Shown piece after piece: positions 1-14,700 of a stretch of 64,000 nt of DNA. The number at the start of each line of letters is the position of its first letter. Position 1 is the first letter of the stretch. The DNA comes from Eledone cirrhosa. Its lineage: Eukaryota. The stretch is from positions 96,286,001 to 96,350,000 of the forward strand of contig OZ024741.1 of the NCBI GenBank assembly GCA_964016885.1, in the 5' to 3' direction. A model generated the notes under the pieces. The model was given only the letters and a program-made list of their open reading frames with translations, was not told where the DNA came from and searched no databases. Position numbers and translations under genes: made by a program.

Positions 1-311
1 CAATGCAAAAACTAAATCTAAACAAAGGTGGTGATATAGAGCGGGAATTATTATACTATATATAATATAATAAAATATAATATAATATAATATAATTGAT
101 AATGATAATAATAATAATATTAAAAGGCCCAATATACATATATATATATATACACATGTACACATATATACATATATATCAATACACATTTCCATCAATA
201 CAAGCACAAACTAACACTTATTAAGAGTTTAAATATAAATAAAAATAATAAGAATAAAAATAAAAATAAAAAGGGTGTTTAACTCCAACACACTCTAGTA
301 TTTTAATTCTT

Positions 312-461
<150 letters not shown>

Positions 462-479
462 TAGTTATTACAGCAGACA

Positions 480-898
480 CAACACTATACACACTAGTCA
501 CACAGCAAACATAACACTATACACACACGCAAACGCATGCGCAAAGAAGACAAAATAAAATAAACAAACAAGCAAATAAATAAATAAATATATAGACAGA
601 CTGAATAAAAAATGGCGTAGACATACAACACACCAGGAGTAAAAAATATAACACCACTGACGATGTTGCAGATGTGCAACGAAAGATTTATGTAAATTAT
701 GTAAACTATATATATGTGTTTGTGTCTATATTGTATCTGTAGTATTTTTGACCGTCGGTCAGTCAATGGCAACATTGAGGACCGAGTAAGTTAGATCGCA
801 GATATAAAAGACAGCGAGAAGCGAAAACCAACCAAACAGTGAGTGTGTTCTGTTATTAATTCTGGCAATATTACACAAATATGACCCTCCCCAAGTAT

Positions 899-903
<5 letters not shown>
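480..903 (+). mobile_element. Penelope-like element 3' end (pLTR/tail), family C, ending in (TA)n
   Basis: Reverse complement of 53810-54200, which lies downstream of a GIY-YIG ORF. Ends ATGACCCTCCCCAAGTATAACAA followed by (TA)n. Confidence 0.8.
655..692 (+). ncRNA. Minimal type I hammerhead ribozyme motif
   Basis: CA-CTGACGA-T-GTTGCA(GATG)TGCAAC-GAAAG-AT-TTA-TG: conserved core, 6-bp stem II, very short stems I and III. Confidence 0.65.
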
Positions 904-953
<50 letters not shown>

Positions 954-1629
954 ACCCAGTACAGTACAAGTTAAATATAAATTAAGATAAGTGGGAGAAA
1001 GATACATAAGTGAATCAGGTTCCGGCAGCTGTTGGAGCCAATTGTTGGAATGCCACTTTAAATGTTCTCGTCCCGGTGAGATGCATGACCATACCAGGTG
1101 AGCCTCCGTCTTTTTACCATCGCAAAAAGTGACTGTTATCTGCTAATGTAATTGTTGAATTGTTGCCTGACAAAGTTGATATTTCGGTTAATACCCAATT
1201 TTCAAAAGAAAAAGAAAATGGTGTTTGCAGGTGGTGGTGAGCTGGGCTTCTTTGTGCAGATGTGGGGTATCGGTGGGCTGGTAGCGTGTGCTGAAGGGTA
1301 CATTACAATAGTCAACCAGCGTTATGCAATTCACATTTGCGGCTAATATTGATGATAATTGCTTCTTTGATGTTTAAGATTCCTATATGATATGCAATGG
1401 TTTTGACAGAGTCTTAAATTGGTAGGTGTGACATAGGAGGGATTTGAACTTAGGAAGTAAAGCATCGTAACTAAATATTACAGAAACATCTTTCCGTCTC
1501 TCTTACGATTATTTCGTAAAATATGATAGTATTATATAAGTATGTATACAATCATAAACACACACAAATACTTATAAACACTCTATCTCTCACAGGTGCA
1601 TGCACATGCAAACACATATCACGCAAACG

Positions 1630-1663
<34 letters not shown>

Positions 1664-3329
1664 ATAAATATGTGCACCTATTTATTATATATATGTATGT
1701 GTAGCTATTTACATATAAATTTGTATGTATGTGTCTGTGTATGTATATATGTATCTCAATCACCCTCTCTATCTATCTATCTATCTCAATTTCTATATAG
1801 CTATCTATCTATTTGACGATGTATATAATTAGCGTAGTATTTCACAGACTTATGTATCTGAAGAAGACTGCCGGTTAATGTTTCAGAAGTTTGTGAAACT
1901 TATCTATGGAGGTGTGTTTCAATTTCGATGTCCACTCCTAAAGAGTGAACATTTGACATCAATTATTAAGGTTTCAACTTCTGTTATGGTCACCTATGTA
2001 ACAATCGTTTAATTATTGCCTAGCTCTAACAATCCGACATTTATATATTCATGACCTTTTTTATGCCATGAATATAAATGTCACCGGTTGGTGATATAAT
2101 GCTAGCATCTACTAAAATGCCACTATTTATTTACTTTCTTTAAAAGATGTAATTTTACTGTCTAGCAAGAATGTTAGATAAATACACACCGGCCATATGA
2201 TACGTTCATTTTGAGTGACACCTGACCTGGTGCCCGTAAATGGGAAGAGAGTAAGGAATTCGTTACTGGCTTTATTGATATTTTCTTTGTTACTGTTATT
2301 GACTTTGCTGTTTAACCCCTGTTAAGCCCTGATTAATCAAACCTATGATTAAAGGTTTCCCAACTGGGACTACGCCGTCATAGTGTATTTATACTTACAC
2401 TGTACGACGTGCCTTTAGTATTTTCAATACTATATTGAAACCATTTTACTGAACTGATGACTTTGAAAAAATAAAAGAAAACCAAAATAACAAAAACGGA
2501 AGGAATGAGTATCGTAACACAAGTTTTCTTATTTTAAATTTCCCGACCTTTTGAATCTAGTTGAAAAGAAATATTCTTAATTTGGGAGACAATGTTTCAG
2601 ATATAGGAAGCAATTCCAAACCAAGGCCAAGGCCATTTAATTAGCTGATTTTGAACATCAATATAGAAATACTCACGAACAACTTAATATCCAGTTTGCC
2701 TTATTTTAAATTTACACAGCTGTTGAGCTTCGGGAAAAAAATATTTCAATGATAATGGTTATTCTATTATGGTACTTACAGTGAAAATATATTTCGTTCA
2801 TGTTCAACAAATAAACATCAAATTATTATCACGAAGAATTCATATAAATCTAAAACTACTTAAACAATATGCTTAGAACAATGTTAACCTCCCTTTCAGA
2901 GACCTTCCATAACTGAACGTACTCGTATGAAATGCTTTTAACCAAGTTCTTTGTAATTGTAATTGACGAAAGGCACAAAATAAAGCAAACAAAGAAATAA
3001 AGAATAAAACAGTTTTAAACAAGAAAACAAATAGAAACTACATTAAAGAAAATTAGGAAATATGAAATGAAATGTAAATAAGGAATTGTTTCAAGTCTTC
3101 TTGAAATATTTCTGATGTTAGTCGATGGAAAAATGTAAAACAAATACAGCAGTAAAAAAATAGCGATGAAACACGCAAGGCAAGTAAACACACACAAAAA
3201 CAAACAGTTGAATTGAATTAGAAACATTGAAGCATTCTGTGATAAAGAGCAACAGTTGGCTGATTGATAAGTTATAAGGTGGAGTAAGAACAGCATCAGT
3301 AGTAGCAGGAACATTAACAACTACAAAAG

Positions 3330-3920
3330 TAATATCACCAGTAACAATATTTGTTGCAGAAGTATCAACAACAACAACAATAACAACATTAACAAAGACG
3401 ACAACAACAAAAGCAACTGCAACAAAGACGACGACGACGACGACAACAACAACAGCAGCAACAACAAAGATGAGAAGAACAATAACAACAGCAGCAAAGA
3501 CGACGACAACAACAGCAACAGCAACAAAGATGACGACAACAACTGCAACAAAGACGACAGCAACAACAGCAACAGCAACAAAAACGACAGCAACAACAGC
3601 AACAGCAACAAAGACGACAGCAACAACAGCAACAGCAACAAAGACGACAGCAACAACAGCAACAGCAACAAAAACGACAGCAACAACAGCAACAGCAACA
3701 AAGACGATAGCAACAACAGCAACAGCAACAAAGACGACAGCAACAACAGCAACAACAACAAAGACGACAGCAACAACAGCAACAGCAACAAAGACGACGA
3801 CAACAACAGCAGCAACAACAAAGACGACAGCAACAACAGCAACAGCAACAAAGACGACGACAACAACAGCAACAGCAACAAAGACGACAACAACAACAGT
3901 AACATCAACAGTAGCATCAG
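3330..3920. repeat. ACA/GCA/ACG-based minisatellite (about 30-bp period)
   Basis: Repeated AACAGCAACAGCAACAAAGACGACAGCAAC unit. The long low-complexity ORFs here are a by-product. Confidence 0.9.
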
Positions 3921-4897
3921 TAATAACCACAAACAGTGACATGTGCAGTAACAACGAGAACAGAAATAACATTAATAGTTCCAGCAATAACCCCAAAAGT
4001 ATCTCTTCAGGGATAACACTAACAACAAAATAACAACAATGGCAATAATAACTATGATAGTAGCAGTAATGTAACAACAACGAAAGCAATATGCACAATA
4101 ATATATTCACAAAATCAGCAACACAAGATTTAACTACCTAGTACAGTGACACTAGCAATATACTGTATTTATAAAAACAATATAAGAAGTAACGAAAAAA
4201 AAAAGAACAAAAATCAACGATAATGTTGTGTCAAGAATACTCTGGAAGACAACCAGTCCACTTCTACACAAACCACGAGGTACCCTTTATGTGGACATTG
4301 GCCATGTTGTACATAGCAGCTAAAGCAGCCTCAAATCATGCCGACGTCTTTGAAATAAAAACGAAAGGCACAATAGATAATATCATTTTGCGCTCAGATA
4401 CGCTGTGTCTGGAATATAATTGATGGTATCGTCATGACTAGAACACCTTTTGGCTAAATAACGACATCAACTACGAACATATCAATAACAGAAAGAGAAA
4501 TAACAACAATGATTGTGCCTCTTACATTGTACAACCTGCTAGAAATAATAGACAGATAAACCTTAAGAAAAGAGGTCACATTGAATAATTCAGTCCCAGA
4601 TAAAGTGTACCGAAAATTAAAAAAAGATTGGATGGTCTCTGGTAGAAAAACTTTCATCCCATGTCTGTTCAATTTTTGTTGTTATCTATGGCTTGTAAGC
4701 GCGTATATAAAACCCCTTCATTATGTAAAAAGGGTAAGAACGACGAATGGAAAAAAATTATGCTTGTACATAGTAAGAATACCAGTACCACGAACAGGAG
4801 CACCAGCAACATCAGCATAATGGCAACAACAAAAACAACAAACAAATAAAAACAAAAATAACAACCTTATCAAAATAACTGCCAAATAGCCAACAAG

Positions 4898-5260
4898 TTA
4901 CATCCTTCTTCTTCTTCGCCCCGTTATTCCTGAGAGGGTCATGGAGGCAGATCCCTCAAAATCTCCTTCCAGAAACAAGCGTCTCCTACTGACCCGGCTG
5001 TGAGTGATCCCTAAGAGTGACCAGCCAAGCTCTTGGATATTATCCAACCACCTTGCTCGGGGTCTACCACTGGGACTCTGTCCGGTTGGTTTTGCCCGTA
5101 AAATCTGTGCAGCGATTCTTTCCTGAGACATTCTAACCACATACCCATAGTATCGGAGCTGTGATCTCTGAATTCGGAGAAGTAGCGGCTCCACCTAGAG
5201 TGACTCTTTGATCCCCGAGTCACGCACTTTATCGAGTAAGGTTACTCAGAAGATATCCGG
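4898..5260 (-). mobile_element. RTE-clade LINE 3' fragment
   Basis: EPLLLRIQRSQLRYYGYVVRM...RPRARWLDNI is a typical RTE C-terminus. Short (GAA)n tail. Related copy at 61330-61895. Confidence 0.8.
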
Positions 5261-5314
5261 CCGTTTTAAATAAGAGATGGTCAAAACTGTAATACCTTTG
5301 ATCCTCATCGTTTT

Positions 5315-5315
5315 C

Positions 5316-5351
<36 letters not shown>

Positions 5352-5592
5352 TTCATCTCAATCGTTATCAACATGTTATTTTTCATATTAACATCAATGT
5401 AATTATCCTCCTCTTCCTCACCATTCCATCATCGTCATTCCATAATCACCATCGGCGCCATTATCGCCGCCATAATCATGTTCGTCGTCATTATCATCAT
5501 CATCATCATGATCACCATCATGATCACCATCATGATCACCACCATCATGATCATCATGATCATGATAATTATGGTCACCATCATCATCCTTC

Positions 5593-5632
<40 letters not shown>

Positions 5633-6830
5633 TATCATCGTAATCAAAAATATGGTAGTAGCAACAACAACAACAGTAAAAATAAAACAAAATAAAAACG
5701 TATATATAACAAATAATAAAATCAGCAACAACCTCAGCAACAATTTTGTTAGCAGCAGTTGTTGTATATGAGTGGATTACGAACAACAAGTAGTTTTGTC
5801 GTATATTTGCAGATGGTTGCAGATGTGATTGCTAGGAAATTACAGAAGTGGAAGAAATCACAATTGGCAGACATTTTGAGAGAAATGTCGAAACAACAAA
5901 ATGAAAGCAAATACATATAAAACACATGAAAAAAAAAAAGCATTGAAAACATATAAACGAGGAATATATAAATACATAGAAATCAAATGGAAATCAATCA
6001 ATGATTTACAAAACACACGAGAGTAAAATATAATCATGTTATAAAAACATAACAAAAATAAAAGATAAATAAATGAAGTAAAAATAAAGTTAATGTAAAT
6101 CTAAAATTTTGAAAACCAATAACATAACTAGAGAATATGAAAATGATAATAGTAATAATAATATCAACAGCAGCAATAACAACAGCAATAACATCATTAA
6201 TAATGATAAAAGTAACAGTAATAGGAATAGCAATAACAAAAACAAAAACAATAATAATAATGATAATGATGATGATCATAATATTAATAATAATGATGAT
6301 GATGATGATGAAAATAACAACAACAACAATACTAATGCTACTATTACTACTACTACTAAAAATAATAATGAGGAAAATGGAAATAACTTAAAAATATGAA
6401 ACGAAACGAAAGCAAATGAAAACAACCGAAGTTAACCGGAAAAATGAAAATAAGCCGCAAAAACAGTAAAAAATATATAAACCAAAAAATATTAAAAGCC
6501 ATAAGAAAGACCTTCATCATCATCATCCTCACTACTACTACTACCACCAACACTAACACCATCATCATCCTCACTACTACTACTACCACCAACACTAACA
6601 TCATCATCATCCTCACTACTACTACTACCACCAACACTAACACCATCATCACCACCATCAACAACACACCCAACTCTGCCACAAAACACCAACGACTCCA
6701 TTACCTCCACTACCACCACCACCATGAACCACCACCATCATCACCATTATCATTATCATCATCACCGTCAACTTCATTGCCATTTTCATCATCATTATAT
6801 TTCCTATTTTCGTTGTCGTCGTGATCATCA
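5315..6830. repeat. Compound trinucleotide low-complexity region (CAT/GAT/AAT/CAC), including a 3x 42-45 bp repeat at about 6515-6650
   Basis: Directly visible repeats. Confidence 0.9.
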
Positions 6831-6849
6831 TCATCGTCTATATTATATT

Positions 6850-6940
6850 AACTTTGCCTTTCATCCTTACGAGGTCGATAAAATAAAGTACCAGTTATGT
6901 ACTGGATATTTACTGGCCTTGTGCCTAAAGTAGAAACAAT
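6850..6940 (+). mobile_element. SINE 3' fragment
   Basis: ACTTTGCCTTTCATCCTTACGAGGTCGATAAAATAAAGTACCAGT is shared with the fuller copy at 30680-30850. Confidence 0.7.
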
Positions 6941-8133
6941 CATTATATTATTATCACCAGCATAATAGATCTTCCATCAGGTCGCACGGCTTGATAGAAA
7001 GAGTGGATAAATCGCACATTCTCTTTATATACGATACGTTGAGCGAAAATACCTCGTATGCTTACGACTACAATACTGTTGAACGTGGATCTGGTTTGTC
7101 AGATTTGACTCGGGGGCTAAACAACTACGACAATAATAAAGTTATCAGTATCATCGTCACCATCGTAATCGTAATTATTATCCTCAACAACAATCATATG
7201 AACATCAACATTAGTTTCCTCGAAATCACTATCAACATTGTCCATATCATTATATCGTCGTCATTGTCATCATCATCGACGTCATCATTTCGCATATAAT
7301 TTATTGTGAAAATTAAATGTAAAACAGGAAAAAACAAAATGAGTCATCTGAATATTTTTATTTTTTCTTTATTTTTTAATATTTCCAAAACGGTAAAACT
7401 AAAGAAGATAGAAGAAAATGTGGTTTATTAGTTCATCTTTTCTCGAAATTATGTCCGTGTTATTTTGTTGTTCAATTTTTAAAGAAAAGAAAAGTCTTAG
7501 AAGTAATTCGCTTGAATGATACATGTGACGGATTTAACAATAGTAACTTGACATTCGCGGGCAATATCCGGGGATCACTTGTGGCTTTTATTTACATCAA
7601 CGAGGAAAAAAAAAAAATACTTAGCAATCCTTTGTTCAAATTCATCATAAATGATGAATTGTATTTAGAAATTATTGTATTGTAAAATATTTACTGTATT
7701 GTATTTATTGTATTGAATTTATTGTATTTATTGTATTGTATAAGGTAAATGAATGCTACGGTGCTTACAATTTTCTGAAATTAATGTATTTGAATGCCCA
7801 GTATTATTTGATATATGGGACTGATATTTTATTACACATTCACACACATACAGACACACGTAGAAACACACACTTGCAAACACAGAGACACACGTACAAA
7901 AACACAGGTAGGGATTCTGTTCGACAGAATTAATGGAACGTCGGATCCAACGTCGATTTCAACGATGAATATTCCAGTTAGACAGAATAACAGAGTCATC
8001 TGGACGGTGGGAACACAGTTGACACCATGTTCTTGATGGAGGAGAACTGATTGGAGCCATAACAACAGCAACAATAAACAATACAAAAAATAACTACATA
8101 CATATAGAGATGTACATACACACAGATAAACAA

Positions 8134-8254
<121 letters not shown>

Positions 8255-8429
8255 AGACGTGTGTAACTTCGCGGAGAAGTTTCCGTTATTTTATGTAAGA
8301 AAAAAACGTGAGTTTTTAGTTCAGGTGGTGGGTCAACTCATTTTCGCCCCTACAGGGGCGAAATATTCGTTTGAAAAATTTTTTCTCCATCGAATTTTTG
8401 AAAAAATATTGTAAAAGTTTGATTACGTT

Positions 8430-10358
8430 ATGAACGCTGCGTTCAACGATAATGGTGGTGGAGAGTCGGTAAGACTACAAAGCTCGCAGTCAACATCGTC
8501 TTCTTCCCTTTCCTTCTCAATAGATATTATAGAGATGGAAAGACGAAATGAAAATGTAAAAAAAAATTCATATCCAAACAACACAAATGACAACAAACAG
8601 TTCAATGACAACAAAAATAACAGCAACACCAATAATGATGATAAAAACAACAATGATAACAACAACAAAGAAAAAAATAAAGACAACACCAATAACACCG
8701 GCATCAAAGACAACAACAACACCAAGGAAAATACGAATAATATCAACATCGGTGACAACAAGAATAACAACAAGAATAACAACAATAATGACAACACCAC
8801 CAACACGGATAATTCCACAAAGAAACCAAAAATCTCCTTTGCACAGACAGTTCAGAAAAAGGAGGAACTGACATATCTCGACATAACAAATGCCGAACAA
8901 CTTTTAAAGGACGCTAGGAGATATGTCACTTTCGAAAAAATGGTGCATTCAGCATCAATTCTCCGGTAGAAATTCGCAAGGAAACTGCTCTCAAAACGAT
9001 AGTTTTTAGGACAGTTTCCAATTCTACCCGAAAACCAGTCCAATTGTCACAGAAAGAAATTGAACTGGTTTTCAAAAATTCAATGAATGATATTGCATTC
9101 ATTCAAAGAAGCAAACTTTTTGGGAGTATTTCGGTACTAATGAAGGATCAATTGACGGCCCAAAATTACTCTGTGTCGCCAATTGTACCCAACCAGTACA
9201 CCTTTTTCCCTACATACATGGGAAAAAGGACACAAAAGATCAAAATCACGAGTGTCACACCAAAGGTGAACATATGGTGGATACTGTGCGGCTTCATCAA
9301 TTTTGATGAAGACAGAATACTGTCAGTAGGAAAGTCCCCCAGAGATGTATTCAATGGGACTAGCATTGAAGTTCTGGTGCAAATGAGCCCAGAGCGAATA
9401 GCTATGATCCCACAACGTGTACTCCTGGACGGACTCACCTACATAAACTTTTCAGTTGAGGGTAGGCGGCCTTCATGTTACCATTGCTTTAGCAGGGGTC
9501 ACCTGAGGGCTTCCTGTCCTAAATTAATAAGTAAAAAAAAGGCTCTTCTGCCGACACCCATCAAAACAACACAACCACCAACACCACCACCACAACAACA
9601 CCAACACACAAAAATAACCACAACAAACACAGTCCCACCCAACCCCACTCCACCTAAAACCACTGCAAAATCACATACAGACACAACAGCTCTCCAAGAC
9701 ATACCCCTCTCCAATCACACAGACGATACAACAGATGAGGTTATCTCGCCATCACCCAGTGAAGACGAGGGAGAACCCCATCGCTCGAAAAGAAAGAAAA
9801 GACATCACAAAAGCAAAAAAAAAAGCAAACACTACCACAAACATACAGCCACCAACACAAACAACAAAAACATCACAAACAAAACCCCCACCTCCTGAAA
9901 ACAAAATACCTACAACAAAACGAAAGCACACACAAGAACTACAGACAAAAACAAACACAACACACGAAAATTACACTTACACTTACATAAACACTGAAAA
10001 CAAAACACTAATGGAGACCATCACGAACGACCCTTCGGTGAAAACCGAAGGGAAAACTTTCGCCCACTCTATTAAAAATAGCAAAAAACTGAACCTAAAA
10101 CTGATTAGGGTCCCTATACAAACTTATAGGTCCCTAAAAGAAACATTTGAGAAGGATGTGGGGAATTCCTGCATGAAACCACTCAACCGCGTCCTTCTCA
10201 AATGTCTCCCCACCCCAGACACCCCCATCCCATCAGACCCCACCCCACCAAACATCTCCGTCCCCACCCCGCCGGAAACCACCACCCATCCAGACAACCC
10301 CTCCAACACCCCCATGGAAATCGTGCGGCCTGGTCCCCAGGAGGCGAAGGGTGAGTGA
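8430..10358 (+). pseudogene. LINE ORF1 (gag-like, zinc knuckle), frameshifted
   Basis: Pieces 8430-8969, 9044-9898 (CYHCFSRGHLRASC = CX2CX4HX4C) and 9735-10358. Asn-rich N-terminus and Pro/Thr-rich C-terminus. Confidence 0.8.
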
Positions 10359-10391
10359 TCTCTTTTCCTCTTTTAACTTTTCAGCACCAGC

Positions 10392-13300
10392 ATGGCCAAT
10401 ATAAGAGTTGGATGTGTGAGCGTATGCGGCCTGGGGATGCCCTGGAAACAGGGCAAACTCTTAAACGACCTCAGGTCGCACAGTATGGATGTGGTAGCCA
10501 TTTGCGAGTCCAGGATCCACAGCGAGCGACAGCTGGCCCCCATCTTCGATGACTTTGAGATCTACGCATCTCTCTGTCAACCGGGGGGTGGGGGCGGAGT
10601 TGCCGTTTTGCTGCGTAACACCTGGGCCTCGTAACACAGACGGTACATCTGGACCCGGAGGGTCGACTGGTGGTCCTAGACGTTGACGGTAGTGAAGGTG
10701 GAGCCTTCAGGCTGGTGGCCGCATATGCCCCATCCGGGACACCGCGGCCAGACTTCTTCAAACGTCTAGAGACTTTTCTGGGAACGTCCCGCTCCTTGCT
10801 TTTAGTGGGGGACTGGAATGGATAGGGTTCTAGTTAGAAATAAGGATAGGGACATGTTAAGCTGTCCACAAATGTTCATGGTTGCCTATTCAGATCACAA
10901 ACTAGTGACCTGCATAGCCAACCTTGATAGAACCCATAGACAAGGACCCGGCTACTGGAAGCTGAACTTGTCGTTACCGACAAGCAAAGCCTACAGTAGA
11001 CGGATTAGCACTTTAGTTAAACAGCACTTGACAGGGGCCATTGTCAACAACAGATGGTGGTACTCTCTCAAGAGGGCAGTTAGATTAGACTCGATAGTTT
11101 TTAGTAAAGAATTAGCGTTAGATAGAAATAGAACCGATAAGGAACTGGTAGATAAAGTAGAAGAGGCAATTAGAAGTGGCAACGTAGCCAGCGTGCTAGC
11201 AACGAGAACGGCCTTGGACCAGTTCTTCGACGCAAAGCACGAGGGCTGCGTTGTCAGAAGAAAAATACGTGCTCTGGGAAACGAGGGAGCCAAAGCTGTT
11301 AGCTGGGCCCGAGTAACGGAGGCAAAAAGTGGCAACAAGTCCACGATTCGGTCTTTGAAGGATCAAAACGGACGCGTGATACGTGAGCCGAAGCAGATGT
11401 GTGCGGCTTTTCAGCGGCACTTTGCTCAGCTGTTCGGGGGGGGGGGGGGTGCCGTGAGAGGCTATGGATTTCGGTCCATACCTCGACGGCCTACCGCGAC
11501 TCTCGGACAGCGAGGCAAAGTTCTGCGAAAAGCCGATTTCAGCCACTGAGATAGGGAACGCGCTGAGCCAATGCGGCAAACGCAAATCTCCAGGTCTCGA
11601 CGGTCTACCCTACGAATTTTACGTAGCAATGCCGGACTTATTCTCCGGTCTCCTGGAAGCGGTCTACTGCAACTGGCAACAGAACGGGAGAATACCCAGT
11701 TCTGTAACCGGGGGCGTGGTCACACTAATCAGGAAGGACGAGAATAAGGGGGATGAAATCGGCAACTTCCGGCCCATAACTCTGCTAAACACAGAGTTAC
11801 AGATTTTGGCCAAGGTATTGGCAAAGAGGCTGGCGCTTGTCGTCGAGAACCTGTTGGGAGAAGTGCAGACATGCGCAATCCCGACCAGGTCCATACACGA
11901 CAACCTCCACCTCATGCGATACATCATAGAGAGGGTAGGGTGTAAACCCGGCTTTGGTGGGGCCCTGATCAACTTGGATCAGTCTAAGGCTTTCGATAAG
12001 GTTGACCATGGTTACCTGGATGCGGTGCTCGAGGCGGCAGGCTTCGGACCCGTGTTCAGGGGCTGGATTGCTGCAATGCACAACAGCAACATCTGCTCAA
12101 GGGTCAAGGTCAACGGCTACCTCTCGGAGCCGTTCCATATTACGCGATCCATTCGACAGGGATGCCCTCTCTCCTCCTTTCCGTACGTACTGACTCTCGA
12201 GCCACTACTGCGGAAGTTGGAGCTATTGCAGGGCATCCCTCTGGAACCGGGACTGCGGAAAGCGGCGTCGGCCTACGCCGACGACGTGACAGTAATGGTG
12301 TCGAGCGCCTCGCAAATCGAGAAAGTCGGCACCTTACTGAAGGAATAGGAAATTACACAGGAGCGAAGCTGAACCGGGACAAGTGCATCGGTTTGCAACT
12401 CGGATTGTGGAGAGGCAAACCGATGCCTTCCGATGGCGTCGTCGGACGCTGAACGGAAGGACCGGTAAAGCTGCTCGTGGTCTGGTTTGGTCCGGACCTC
12501 CAGGTGGATAAGAACTGGAACGAAGTGACGGCCAAGGTATTTGCACTCACCCAGAAATGGGCCGAGTGCAAACTATACTTGAAAGGTCGAGCGGAGGTGG
12601 CGAACACTTTTATAGCGTCCGACATCTACTACCGCTTGACCGTCGTGCCTTGTCCAGCCAAAACGCTCGCCAAAATCGAGCGCGCGCTCTTCCAATTCCT
12701 TTGGAAGGGCGGGCTCCTTTGGTGATTAGATCCATCTGCTGCCAACACCCTTCTAACGGAGGGCTGGAGATGCCGTGGTTGACGATGCGCAAACACGCGC
12801 TCAGGCTGCGGCATCTCTACGTATTCCTCACCGGACAACCGGTGTGGGCCCCGTTCGTGAGGCGAGCCTTCCCACGATTCGTCTCGCTGACCGAGCTGCA
12901 GTCCTGGGTCAAGAAAAGACCGAGGAAAATGGGCGACTGGCACATCGAATGTGCTCAGGCGCTCACAGCCCTCTGGCAGGCGGACCCGGCGATCAGTGGA
13001 GACTCCACTTCGTCATTCTATAGAGGGTTGATCCGCAGCAAGTGCGACGACGCGCTCAGTGAAACTCTAGGCGTAGAGGAAGATGAACTGGCCAGTCTGT
13101 TCGGTAGGACCTTCCGCCCGGGACCGATGGACAACTTCCAAAAGTCCCTGGCCTGGCAGTGCTACCGAGGAGCTCTACCAGTTCGAGACAAGCTCTATAG
13201 ACATGGGCGCCCGGGCAGGGACTCTGCAAAAAAACATCTGTCTGAGGTGCGTGCGAGACAAGAAACCGTCGCGCACGCATTCATACACTGCCCGGGCGTC

Positions 13301-13654
13301 ACTGACCTGTGGGGCTATGTAGAACGACTATTGTCGCGGGTGGGACCAATCCAGTTGACCTCCGAGTCCATTGTCATGATCAAACCGCCACGCTACTTCA
13401 AAAACGAAGGAGAGGCGGTTTTCCTTTGTGTGATAGCTATGGCGAAAGAGGTTGTATGGTGGACAAGGTTGTCAGGGCTGAGGTCAGACACCTTTCTCTC
13501 CGGCCAACAACTGATTCTTTTTTTCAAATACCACTTTGGAAGAAGAATCAGGATGGAGAGAGAGGTGCTGTACCCCAGCAAGTTTTATGAAAGGTGGGTG
13601 AAAGTGGCGAGAATGGCCCGAGTGAATGGGCCTTCTCTCTATATCAGCCTGTAG
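10392..13654 (+). pseudogene. LINE ORF2 (AP endonuclease, reverse transcriptase), frameshifted with an internal APE deletion
   Basis: APE motifs ICES, GGVAVLL, AYAP, GDWN and SDH; GDWN abuts DRVLV, which implies a deletion. Also GYWKLN, KSPGLDGLP, FRPITLLN, DQSKAFD, RQGCPLS, YADD and a C-terminal ETVAHAFIHC. Confidence 0.92.
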
Positions 13655-13893
13655 GTTGAGGAAAAGGAGGAGGAGAGGAAAGGAGTACAAACTCTTCGTA
13701 CTCCTGGAGACGAGGGTTGCACACTTTTTCGTGGGTATGTGTTACCCATATAAACTGTCTTCCCCTATTGGGGAAAATCGACTAACTTTTTAAATTCCAT
13801 TTGTGATAACATTTTACACGTTTTTATTGTATGTAAACTTCCCCCTTTGTATTTGTCCCCTTCTTTTGTGCCCCTGTGGCTAATAAAGAAACA

Positions 13894-13964
<71 letters not shown>

Positions 13965-14120
13965 ATCCTCTCACCGCGCTCTCTCCTCACACCTCCCTCT
14001 CCCTCGTAGATATGTGTTTTTTCTATAATGTTGGCTGTGTGCAAGCTCATCGAAATCATGGATTTTTAGCTTCAATTCTCTCATTGAGCAGTCATGGAGT
14101 CGCATGACCGTTATATATCA

Positions 14121-14479
14121 CTAGCTGACGTACCCAGCTTCGCCCGGATAAACAGATGATAAGAGAAGACAGGTAAAAGAGAAAATGACTGTATTGGATA
14201 TTTGTCTGGTTACAGTATGAGGCGAGTCCGTGGTGTCTGTGTGATACAAAAAACAGTAAAAGAAATCTTCCAGATATACCAGATTCTTCGTTGTACCGTT
14301 TGTGAATAGTATATGAACAATACTAGGTGCACCCACCTAGAGTAGTGACCTCTAGGAGATGGTTCATCTTCTGCCTGACTGTAAAACGCGTATCATTGCA
14401 TAGACGTGGTTGTTCCACGTTTCTCAAAAGGACGATGGAAGTTCCAATCTTTTATATTATATGCAGATATAGATATAGA
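14121..14479 (-). mobile_element. Non-autonomous Helitron
   Basis: The minus strand starts A|TCTATATCTATATCTGCATATAATATAAAAG and ends with a CCGGGCGAAGCTGGG hairpin plus CTAG|T. These are Helitron termini at an A/T target. Confidence 0.7.
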
Positions 14480-14494
14480 TAATTAATATAAAAG

Positions 14495-14700
14495 ATGATG
14501 CTCAGCCAGTTCGTCTTCAACCATCGCAGCACGCCGTCGTTGCTTGGCTCCAGTGTGCGTTGGCGTTGTTCAACCAGCTCATCTTCATTCATGGCGGCAC
14601 GACTTCGCCTCTGAAGTTCGGCGTTCCGATGGCGCTGATCGGCCCGTTTTTCTTCATTCCTGGCTGCACGTCATCGCCGCTGTAGTTCACTGTTTGATAA
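14495..14700 (-). pseudogene. Degenerate 23-aa repeat (STPR-like) coding fragment, probably Helitron-derived
   Basis: Manual translation gives RAARNEEKRADQRHRNAELQRRS / RAAMNEDELVEQRQRT.. / RAAMVEDELAEH, a 23-aa period, with a stop and a frameshift. Confidence 0.5.

Larger units (their letters stand above)
8255..13893 (+). mobile_element. Near full-length, inactivated L1/Tx1-clade non-LTR retrotransposon
   Basis: 5' UTR, then ORF1 with a CCHC knuckle, then ORF2 with APE, RT and a C-terminal region. The 3' UTR ends AATAAAGAAACA. (TATC)n on both sides. Confidence 0.9.

Noticed and set aside
1010-1105. Possible small host exon (AG..GTGAG signals)
   Set aside because: No polypyrimidine tract, no recognisable protein and no partner exons.
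1840-1900. Imperfect hairpin containing CTGAAGA and GAAAC
   Set aside because: The stems do not fit hammerhead topology, and it is too irregular for a confident miRNA call.
3118-4110. Long Val/Ala-, Leu- and Thr-rich ORFs (mucin- or antifreeze-like)
   Set aside because: Open on several frames only because the minisatellite lacks stop codons; no splice or domain evidence.
4223-4423. 66-aa ORF with ordinary composition
   Set aside because: No recognisable motif; could be a decayed TE fragment.
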